A stretch of DNA of 34,957 bases from a virus (Duplodnaviria > Caudoviricetes): positions 1 through 34,957 of IMG/VR virus record IMGVR_UViG_3300005512_000145. One strand, 5' to 3'. Both the position numbers and the translations under genes were made by a program. Positions 18,683 through 26,357 of the stretch are shown one piece after another. The notes beneath the pieces were generated by a model. It saw nothing but the letters and a program-made list of their open reading frames with translations, was not told the DNA's origin and made no database searches. How positions within the stretch are numbered: the stretch's first letter is position 1; every line of letters starts with the position of its first letter.

Positions 18683-21232
18683 ATGGCAACTACAGTTCAA
18701 TTTAGAAGAGGGACAACTGCACAGAATGATGCCTTCACTGGTGCAGAAGGAGAACTATCAGTCGATACCACTCTCGACCAACTCCGTATTCATGATGGTT
18801 CTACCGCTGGAGGACATAAAGCGGCCAGACAAGTAGACCTTAATACAAAAATGTCTGTTGCTAATACTCAAGCCCTTGCTAACGCAAGATTGGGTGGGGC
18901 GGCAACTGTAACTATGGTTGGAGACTTGACTGGCTCTAACAGTTTCAGTTCAAATGCAACGAGCATTGTTACAACTCTAGCATCTACAGGAACGCCGACT
19001 GGCACATTTGGTTCCGGCTCTCTTGTTCCTGTCATTACTGTTGATGCAAAAGGTCGTATTACAAACATCTCGAACACTTCAGTAGCAGGCGTTTCTGACC
19101 TTAATTACTATAGTGCAAACTCCACTCTACGCATTGATACCGCAGATGGTTCTCAGTTTGATGCTACGATTTCTACAAATGATAAGATTACTGTTGCTAA
19201 TGCACAAACACTTGTTGCGGCTCGTTTGGGTGCAACTGCTTCTGTTACTCTGACAGGGGATGTTTCTGGTTCAGCATCTTTCAGTAGTAATGCTGTTTCA
19301 ATCACTACAACAATTGCTGATGACTCACACAATCATATCATTGGTAATGTCGATGGATTGCAAGCGGCACTAGACAATCGTATGACTGTTGCTAATACTC
19401 AAACGCTTGTTGGTGACAGACTGGGTGCCACTGCTACAGTTGAAATCACTGGTGATGTTGCTGGCGGACCTACTGCTTTCTCAGGTAATACAGTTTCGAT
19501 TGCTGTAACTCAACAAAACAACTCAGTTGATTTGGGAACACATACAACTGGTAACTATGTTGCGACTATCTCAGGCACTGCAAACGAAGTTGAAGTATCT
19601 GGTTCTGGTTCAGAGACAGCCGCAGTAACAATCGGACTTCCAGACAATGTAACACTTACTGGAGACTTGACTGTTTCTGGTGGTGATATTACACTTGGTG
19701 GAACAGGTCGTATTCAAGGTGTTGATACAGTAAGTGCTGGAACAGACGCCGCTAACAAGACATATGTTGATAATGCTGTCGCTGGTGTTGTAGATTCTGC
19801 TCCAGCGGCATTGGATACTCTCAATGAACTAGCCGCCGCTTTGGGTGACGATGCTAACTTTGCTACCACAGTTTCTACTAACATTGGACAGAAACTAGGT
19901 GCTACTGCTACAGTCACACTAACAGGCGATATCACTGGTTCAGCATCATTCTCTGCTAATGCGGTTTCTATCGCTACGACATACAATAACGATGTGGTGC
20001 TTGGAACTGATACAAGTGGTAACTATGTTGCGACAATCACTGGTGGAACTGGTATAGATTCATCTGCGGCAACAAGTGGTGAAGGAACTACGCATACTCT
20101 TTCACTAGATTTGAATGAACTCGCAACATCCACAACAAATACTGATGGTGATTATTTTGTAGTTGTAGATAGTGCTGATGGTTCACAACACAAGTTGACA
20201 AAAGGCAACATTGCAATTTCTGGTTTCAACAACGATGCTGGATATTCAACCACAACTGGAACTGTGACATCAGTTGGAGTGACAGCAGGCACAGGTCTTT
20301 CTGGTGGTGGCACAGTCACATCATCAGGGTCTATCTCTCTTGCGCTTGATATGTCTGAACTCACTGATATGACTGCGACTATGATAGGAACAGATGAGTT
20401 TATTGTTCTAGATGGTGGCGCAGATAGAAGAAAGGCCGCAAACGAAATCGGACTAAGTATCTTCAACAACGATGCTGGTTTCTCAACGACTACTGGTACT
20501 GTGACAAGTGTTGCTACTGGTGGTGGTCTAACTGGTGGAACAATCACTGGTTCTGGAACTATCTCACACGCTGATACATCTTCACAGGCTTCTGTCAACA
20601 ACTCTGGTAGAACATATATTCAAGATATCACCCTTGATACCTATGGCCATGTGACTGCTATTGCTTCTGCAACTGAAACTGTTACAGATACCAATACGAC
20701 TTACACAGCCGGCGGTGATTATGGTATGACTCTCAGTGGCACAGAGTTTCGTTTAGAAAATGATAGACGCCGTAATAGTTCCACCGATGATATCTATAGT
20801 GGTAACACCCACGACTACACCCACTATGACTCTGATACTGGTATTCGTTGGTATACAGCCGGCGCCGAAGAAATGCGCCTTGAAAATGATGGTGACCTCC
20901 ATGTCGATGGTGATGTTGTTGCATTCTCAACAACGGTATCTGACCGTAGACTTAAGGAAAACATTCTACAAATTGATGATGCACTAGAAAAAGTTTCTAA
21001 GATTAGTGGTTATACATTCGATTATAAGCATAATGGTAAATCTGGTGCTGGTGTTATTGCTCAAGAAATTGAAGAAGTTCTACCTTCTGCTGTAACCAGT
21101 AAAGTTATGGAAATGCAGACAGGCGATGCTGAAACTGAGTATAAAACAGTTGAATATGACCAGGTCATCGGCCTTCTAGTGTCAGCAATCAATGAACTAC
21201 AGGCAGAAATTGCTGAATTGAAAAAGCAATAA
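18683..21232 (+). CDS. Tail fibre protein 2 with N-terminal Mtd-N-like domain and C-terminal S74-like autochaperone (849 aa)
   Basis: N-terminus VQFRRGTTAQNDAFTGAEGELSVDT...IHDGSTAGG; APAALDTLNELAAALGDDANFATTV fibre motif; four (R/K)LGxxAxVxxxGDxxG repeats; C-terminal SDRRLKENI...GVIAQEIEEVLP...AINEL with the SD site at 20939. Confidence 0.85.
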   Translation: MATTVQFRRGTTAQNDAFTGAEGELSVDTTLDQLRIHDGSTAGGHKAARQVDLNTKMSVANTQALANARLGGAATVTMVGDLTGSNSFSSNATSIVTTLASTGTPTGTFGSGSLVPVITVDAKGRITNISNTSVAGVSDLNYYSANSTLRIDTADGSQFDATISTNDKITVANAQTLVAARLGATASVTLTGDVSGSASFSSNAVSITTTIADDSHNHIIGNVDGLQAALDNRMTVANTQTLVGDRLGATATVEITGDVAGGPTAFSGNTVSIAVTQQNNSVDLGTHTTGNYVATISGTANEVEVSGSGSETAAVTIGLPDNVTLTGDLTVSGGDITLGGTGRIQGVDTVSAGTDAANKTYVDNAVAGVVDSAPAALDTLNELAAALGDDANFATTVSTNIGQKLGATATVTLTGDITGSASFSANAVSIATTYNNDVVLGTDTSGNYVATITGGTGIDSSAATSGEGTTHTLSLDLNELATSTTNTDGDYFVVVDSADGSQHKLTKGNIAISGFNNDAGYSTTTGTVTSVGVTAGTGLSGGGTVTSSGSISLALDMSELTDMTATMIGTDEFIVLDGGADRRKAANEIGLSIFNNDAGFSTTTGTVTSVATGGGLTGGTITGSGTISHADTSSQASVNNSGRTYIQDITLDTYGHVTAIASATETVTDTNTTYTAGGDYGMTLSGTEFRLENDRRRNSSTDDIYSGNTHDYTHYDSDTGIRWYTAGAEEMRLENDGDLHVDGDVVAFSTTVSDRRLKENILQIDDALEKVSKISGYTFDYKHNGKSGAGVIAQEIEEVLPSAVTSKVMEMQTGDAETEYKTVEYDQVIGLLVSAINELQAEIAELKKQ

Positions 21233-21254
21233 ACGAATCGTAGTTTACAAAACA

Positions 21255-21262
21255 TATAAATA
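21255..21262 (+). promoter_or_regulatory. T4-type late promoter for gp13 onward
   Basis: Exact TATAAATA in the intergenic gap. Confidence 0.85.
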
Positions 21263-21292
21263 GTTCCAGAAACAATAACTTCTGGAACTATT
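21259..21292 (+). repeat. Perfect 13-bp inverted repeat between the late promoter and the gp13 start
   Basis: AATAGTTCCAGAA (21259-21271), 8-nt loop ACAATAAC, TTCTGGAACTATT (21280-21292). Confidence 0.9.
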
Positions 21293-21296
21293 AACT

Positions 21297-22040
21297 ATGG
21301 CAAATCCTCGCTCAAGAACAGAATTAAAAAAATACTGCCTTCGTAGATTGGGTCATCCAGTAGTTGAGATTAATATTGATGAAGACCAGATGCAGGATAG
21401 AATTGATGATGCATTAGAGTTTTATCGTGACTATCACTTTGATGGCACAGAGAGAACATTTCTAAAGCATCAAGTTTCTGCATCTGACATCACAAACGAA
21501 TACATCTCTATTCCAACTACAATTACGGGTGTAGTAAATCTATTTCCTGTAGGAACTGGACTAAACGCAAACAATCTATTCAACTTGCGCTATCAGATTA
21601 CTTTGAACGAAATCTATGACTGGGCGCATTCGCAGTTTCAAAACTATGTCTCTTCTATGGAGCGTATTGCTCTCATGGAAGAAATCTTTGTGGGTAAACA
21701 ACCACTACGCTTTTCTCGTCACATGGATAGACTATACATCGATATGGACTGGTCAGCAAGAGTAACTGCTGGCGAGTATCTCATTATCGAATGCTATCGT
21801 GTAATCGATCCAGATACATACACACAAGTATGGGGCGACTATTGGTTGCGTGGTTATTGCACACAATTATTCAAGCGTCAATGGGGTGAAAATCTCAAGA
21901 AGTTTGAAGGTATGCAGTTACCCGGAGGTCTAACATTCAACGGTCAACAAATCTGGTCAGAAGCAGACGAAGAAATTAAAAGATTAGAAGAAGAGATTAT
22001 CTCTAAGTTCTCTATGCCTGTAATGGACATGATTGGATAA
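21297..22040 (+). CDS. gp13: Neck protein gp13 (247 aa)
   Basis: ELKKYCLRRLGHPVVEINI..DQ..DRIDDAL.FY.DYHFDG and KRQWGENLKKFEGMQLPGG.TFNG are gp13 hallmarks. Confidence 0.93.
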   Translation: MANPRSRTELKKYCLRRLGHPVVEINIDEDQMQDRIDDALEFYRDYHFDGTERTFLKHQVSASDITNEYISIPTTITGVVNLFPVGTGLNANNLFNLRYQITLNEIYDWAHSQFQNYVSSMERIALMEEIFVGKQPLRFSRHMDRLYIDMDWSARVTAGEYLIIECYRVIDPDTYTQVWGDYWLRGYCTQLFKRQWGENLKKFEGMQLPGGLTFNGQQIWSEADEEIKRLEEEIISKFSMPVMDMIG

Positions 22041-22046
22041 TGACTG

Positions 22047-22814
22047 ATGGCTACAAACCTCTACTTTAATAACTTTTCACATTTTGGACAGCAAACACTA
22101 CTTGAAGACTTGATTATTGAGTCTATCAAGATATATGGTTATGACTGTTATTATATTCCAAGAACACTCATCAAAGAAGATAATCTCTTTGGTGAAGATG
22201 TGTTGTCTAAATTTGACGATGCATACGAACTTGAAATGTATATCAAAAATGTTGAGGGCTTTGAAGGAGAAGGTGACTTCTTATCTAAGTTTAATGTAGA
22301 GATTCGTGATGAGATGACATTCACTGTTGCAAAGAGAAGATGGCTAGAAGAGGTTGATGACACACAAGTCATTACAGATGATGATGGTGATGCAATACTA
22401 AGACCTCTTGAAGGCGATTTGATTTACTTCCCACTCACACAAACACTATTTGAAGTTAAGTTTGTTGAAGATGAATCTGTGTTCTATCAAATGGGTGAAC
22501 TACAGATGTATGATTTGAAGTGTGAAGCATTTGAATACTCACACGAAGAACTTGATACTGGAATTGCCGCAATCGATGATTTGCAGACAACACACTCTGC
22601 TGTTATGCAAGACTATCAGTTGCTTATGGAAAATGGAGATGTTGTCATTGCTGAAGATGGATCTGATATTGTTGCAGAAGACTACAGAGTTGACAATATT
22701 GCTACAACAGCAAACAATGAGTATATTCAAACAGAAACAACTTCTGCTGGTTCACTTGGTTCATTCCTAGACTTCTCTGAAAGTAATCCGTTCTCTGAAG
22801 GAGGTAGTTGGTAA
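22047..22814 (+). CDS. gp14: Neck protein gp14 (255 aa)
   Basis: QTLLEDLIIESIKIYG.D.YYIPR, FGED..SKF, RPLEGDLIYFP...LFEVKFVE, FYQMG and C-terminal DFSESNPF. Confidence 0.93.
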   Translation: MATNLYFNNFSHFGQQTLLEDLIIESIKIYGYDCYYIPRTLIKEDNLFGEDVLSKFDDAYELEMYIKNVEGFEGEGDFLSKFNVEIRDEMTFTVAKRRWLEEVDDTQVITDDDGDAILRPLEGDLIYFPLTQTLFEVKFVEDESVFYQMGELQMYDLKCEAFEYSHEELDTGIAAIDDLQTTHSAVMQDYQLLMENGDVVIAEDGSDIVAEDYRVDNIATTANNEYIQTETTSAGSLGSFLDFSESNPFSEGGSW

Positions 22815-23653
22815 TGTTTGGACAGTTTGATTATCACAGTGCAATCAGAAAATATATTATCATGTTTGGTAATATGTTTAATGACATTGATGTAGTTCGT
22901 TACAACAATGCTGGAACTGCTGTGCAGACTATTCGTGTGCCTATTGCTTATGGTCCAAAAGAAAAGTTTCTTGCTCGTATTAGACAAGATGCAAATCTAG
23001 ACAGAGGCGTGGGTGCTGTTTTGCCTAGACTTGCATTTGAGATTACTGGCTTCTCTTATGATTCTACAAGACAGATGAATAAGCAGAATCGAATTACATC
23101 AATTGGTTCTGGTAACAATGCCTTGCGTTCTGGATGGGCACCAGCACCATACAATATCGATATCACTCTTTATGGTATGTTTGCAAATAATGAAGATGCA
23201 GTTCAAGTCGTAGAACAAATACTACCATACTTTCGCCCAGAGTGGACAAACTCTGTGAAGATTGTGCCATCTCTTGGAATCTATGTTGATGTGCCAACAG
23301 TTCTCACAGGTATGTCATTAGAAGACACATATGAAGCAGACTTTCAAACTCGTAGAGCAATCATATATACATTTACCTTTACAGTCAAGGGTTATATCTA
23401 CGGACCTGTTACAAACAAAGGACTTATTACAAGAACACAACTTGACTTCCATATTGAACCATCAGCAAATACTTCTGCTTTTGAAGCAGAAAGAATTACC
23501 TTGACGCCAGGACAACTTGCGAATGGATCACCTACTGCTAACTCATCAGCAAGTGTAGATAGAAGCACTATCAGTGCCAATTCTACTTATGGATTTGCTT
23601 TTGATACTGAAAACTTCTTTACAGGGAATAACTTCTCAACAGTTATAAGATGA
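22814..23653 (+). CDS. gp15: Tail sheath stabilizer / terminator gp15 (start more likely ATG 22814 than 22808)
   Basis: MFGQFDYHSAIRKYIIMFGNMFNDI, VPIAYGPKEKFLAR, LPRLAFE, QVVEQILPYFRP; SD GGAGG at 22800-22804 and TAATG overlap support the 22814 start. Confidence 0.93.
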   Translation: MFGQFDYHSAIRKYIIMFGNMFNDIDVVRYNNAGTAVQTIRVPIAYGPKEKFLARIRQDANLDRGVGAVLPRLAFEITGFSYDSTRQMNKQNRITSIGSGNNALRSGWAPAPYNIDITLYGMFANNEDAVQVVEQILPYFRPEWTNSVKIVPSLGIYVDVPTVLTGMSLEDTYEADFQTRRAIIYTFTFTVKGYIYGPVTNKGLITRTQLDFHIEPSANTSAFEAERITLTPGQLANGSPTANSSASVDRSTISANSTYGFAFDTENFFTGNNFSTVIR

Positions 23654-23654
23654 T

Positions 23655-24131
23655 ATGAAAAATAATGTGGCTGATGGATTAGATAAAGTATTGAATGTTG
23701 ACAGTCAAGCAAATGTTGAAAGTCAATTTGAGATAATGCAAGATATCATGGAAAGAGATAAAGAAATTCTTTCAGAACTTGCTAAGACTGATACTCATGA
23801 CACTCAAGAAATAGATTCAGACTACAAATATGCCAGAGAAAATCTTTATGGTGTAATCGAAAAGGGCACAGAAGCACTTGATGCTCTGATTGATTTAGCA
23901 AAAGCGAGTGAGCATCCAAGAGCATTTGAGGTTGTATCTCAACTTTCAAAAACTTTGGTAGATGCAAATAAAGATTTACTAGATATACAGAAGAAAGTCA
24001 AAGACCTTAAAAAGACTGAAGAAAAAGAAGCACCAAAGAATGTGACAAATGCATTGTTTGTTGGTAGCACTGCCGAACTACAAAAATTAGTGAATGGGAG
24101 AAATGAAGATGGCGAAACTAGTTCAAACTAA
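23655..24131 (+). CDS. gp16: Terminase small subunit gp16 (158 aa)
   Basis: DYKYARENLY..IEKG..A...L..LA..SEHPRAFEV and NVTNALFVGSTAELQK motifs of T4-like TerS; position after gp15. Confidence 0.92.
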   Translation: MKNNVADGLDKVLNVDSQANVESQFEIMQDIMERDKEILSELAKTDTHDTQEIDSDYKYARENLYGVIEKGTEALDALIDLAKASEHPRAFEVVSQLSKTLVDANKDLLDIQKKVKDLKKTEEKEAPKNVTNALFVGSTAELQKLVNGRNEDGETSSN

Positions 24132-24249
24132 AGCATGGGAACCTACCTATCATAAAACATCTATTGGAAGCAAACCCTCGCTTACAAAGATGAATAAACA
24201 TAAAAGAAGAAGTTACAAAAAGTATCGAGGTCAAGGAAGGACACGCTAA
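24109..24249 (+). CDS. Small basic protein (46 aa), absent from the ORF track
   Basis: SD GGGAG at 24096-24100, ATG 24109, MAKLVQTKAWEPTYHKTSIGSKPSLTKMNKHKRRSYKKYRGQGRTR, and TAA overlapping the next ATG (TAATG). It exactly fills the gap between gp16 and the nuclease gene. Confidence 0.8.
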   Translation: MAKLVQTKAWEPTYHKTSIGSKPSLTKMNKHKRRSYKKYRGQGRTR

Positions 24250-24665
24250 TGTTTTCATACAGATGTAAAATCAGAGAAGTTATTGATGGAGACACTGTTG
24301 ATATTGATATCGACCTTGGCTTTGGTGTTTGGCTAAAAGATGAAAGAGTTCGTCTTTACGGTATCGACACTCCTGAATCACGCACAAGAGATTTAGAAGA
24401 AAAGAAATATGGGCTTGCTGCCAAAGAGTTTTTAAAGAAAATGTGTGATGATGAATGGATGATTCTTGAGTGTCAAGAATATGATGCAAAAGGCAAATTT
24501 GGTCGTATTCTAGGTTCACTTAGAAGAACAACTAATTATACTGACCAGACAGTGAATGAATACATGATTGAAAAGTATCATGCTGTTCCATACTACGGTC
24601 AGTCTAAAGATGATATTGCTGAAGCACACTTGAGAAATCGTGAGTTTGTAAATCTAAATGGCTGA
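24249..24665 (+). CDS. Staphylococcal nuclease (SNase/thermonuclease)-family protein (138 aa)
   Basis: Catalytic motifs VIDGDT, RVRLYGIDTPE and KGKFGRILG. Confidence 0.88.
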   Translation: MFSYRCKIREVIDGDTVDIDIDLGFGVWLKDERVRLYGIDTPESRTRDLEEKKYGLAAKEFLKKMCDDEWMILECQEYDAKGKFGRILGSLRRTTNYTDQTVNEYMIEKYHAVPYYGQSKDDIAEAHLRNREFVNLNG

Positions 24666-26289
24666 TGTTTATCTTGGTAATCCAAATCTTAAAAAGTCTG
24701 GAATACCACTTGAGTTTACAAAAGAACAGATTCAAGAATATGTGAAATGTTCTAAAGACCCTGTATATTTTGCAAAGAACTATGTAAAAATTGTGAATGT
24801 TGACAGAGGTCTGATACCTTTTGAAATGTATGATTTTCAAGAGGACATGGTTCGCACATTCAACAATAATAGATTTTCTATATGTAAACTGCCTAGACAG
24901 ACAGGTAAGTCTACGACAACAACAGCATACATTCTACATAAGATTCTTTTTACAGACCAACAAAATGTTGCTATTCTTGCAAACAAAGGAGCGTTGGCTA
25001 GAGACTTATTAGGTAAAATACAACTTGCATACGAATATCTCCCTAAATGGTTACAACAAGGTGTCGTAGTTTGGAACAAGGGTAATGTTGAACTAGAGAA
25101 CGGATCAAAGGTTGTTGCTGCCGCAACCTCATCATCTGCTATTCGTGGTGGTTCTTACAATCTAATCTTCTTAGATGAGTTTGCGTTTGTTGGCAACAAC
25201 ATGGCAGAAGAGTTCTTCAGTTCAGTTTATCCTACAATTTCATCTGGTCAAACAACGAAAGTCATCATCGTATCAACACCTAATGGTATGAATCATTTTT
25301 ATAAGATGTGGACTGATGCAACGGAGAATCAAAGTCAGTATGTTCCGATTGAGGTTCATTGGTCACAAGTGCCGGGTCGAGATGAAAAGTGGAAACAAGA
25401 GACTATCGCTAATACAAGCGAAGAACAGTTCAGACAAGAATTTGAGTGTGAGTTTCTAGGTTCAGCAAACACTCTCATTCATCCTACTAAACTAAGAAGT
25501 CTTGCTTTTAAGCGGCCATCAAGAAACTGGAATGGTGTAGACATATATGATGAACCACAAGAAAATCATATATATGTTATGTCAGTAGATGTTGCGAGAG
25601 GAGTAGGATTAGATTACTCAGCATTTACAGTTTTTGATGCAACTAATGTTCCGTATAAACTTGTAGCAAAGTTTAGAAACAAAGAGGTATCTCCACTCTT
25701 ATATCCCAATTACATACACTCTATAGCAAAACTATACAACGAGGCATATATTCTTGTAGAGATTAATGATATTGGCGGACAAGTAGCAGATATCTTGCAT
25801 AATGATTTGGAATATGAAAATCTGATTGCAACTTCAATAAAGGGTCGTGCTGGACAACAAGTGAGTGGTGGATTTTCAACAGGAACACAGTTTGGCGTTA
25901 GAACAACAAAACAAGTAAAAAGAATTGGCACATCAAATCTAAAAGACTTAATTGAAAATGATAAGTTAATCATAGAAGATTTCGATATCATAACTGAATT
26001 AGCGAGTTTTATTGGTAAAAGACAATCATATGAAGCAGAAGAAGGAAGTCATGATGATTTGGTTATGACTTGCGTTCTTTTTGCATGGTTAGTAAGACAA
26101 ACATATTTTAGAGATATTACTGATGTCGATATTAGACAAAAATTATATGAAGATAAGATAAGAATGCTAGAAGACGAGCAATTGCCGTTTGGAATAATTG
26201 ATGATGGACAACCAGAAGAAGGTATACTCAATGGTCCTGAGGACATACAAGATTATATCAACTCGTCAAATCGTGATACCTGGTTCTAA
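24658..26289 (+). CDS. gp17: Terminase large subunit gp17 (543 aa)
   Basis: YLGNPNLK N-terminus, Walker A PRQTGKS, Walker B IFLDEFAF, VSTPNG coupling motif, FRQEFECEF, nuclease motifs SVDVARG..LDYS and HDDLVM. Confidence 0.97.
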   Translation: MADVYLGNPNLKKSGIPLEFTKEQIQEYVKCSKDPVYFAKNYVKIVNVDRGLIPFEMYDFQEDMVRTFNNNRFSICKLPRQTGKSTTTTAYILHKILFTDQQNVAILANKGALARDLLGKIQLAYEYLPKWLQQGVVVWNKGNVELENGSKVVAAATSSSAIRGGSYNLIFLDEFAFVGNNMAEEFFSSVYPTISSGQTTKVIIVSTPNGMNHFYKMWTDATENQSQYVPIEVHWSQVPGRDEKWKQETIANTSEEQFRQEFECEFLGSANTLIHPTKLRSLAFKRPSRNWNGVDIYDEPQENHIYVMSVDVARGVGLDYSAFTVFDATNVPYKLVAKFRNKEVSPLLYPNYIHSIAKLYNEAYILVEINDIGGQVADILHNDLEYENLIATSIKGRAGQQVSGGFSTGTQFGVRTTKQVKRIGTSNLKDLIENDKLIIEDFDIITELASFIGKRQSYEAEEGSHDDLVMTCVLFAWLVRQTYFRDITDVDIRQKLYEDKIRMLEDEQLPFGIIDDGQPEEGILNGPEDIQDYINSSNRDTWF

Positions 26290-26300
26290 ACACTCGTTTT

Positions 26301-26308
26301 TATAAATA
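26301..26308 (+). promoter_or_regulatory. T4-type late promoter for gp18
   Basis: Exact TATAAATA in the intergenic gap. Confidence 0.88.
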
Positions 26309-26357
26309 TTGAGTAAATCAAAGATTATTTTGGATATTCTTAGAAGGAGAAATGAAA

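Noticed and set aside
11216-21232. Diversity-generating retroelement suggested by Mtd-like N-termini and repeated fibre segments
   Set aside because: No reverse transcriptase in the window, both repeat copies are coding, and their differences are synonymous changes at all bases rather than adenine-specific.
11216-21232. Invertible fibre cassette (shufflon)
   Set aside because: All repeats are direct, there are no reversed fibre segments on the minus strand, and no recombinase gene is present.
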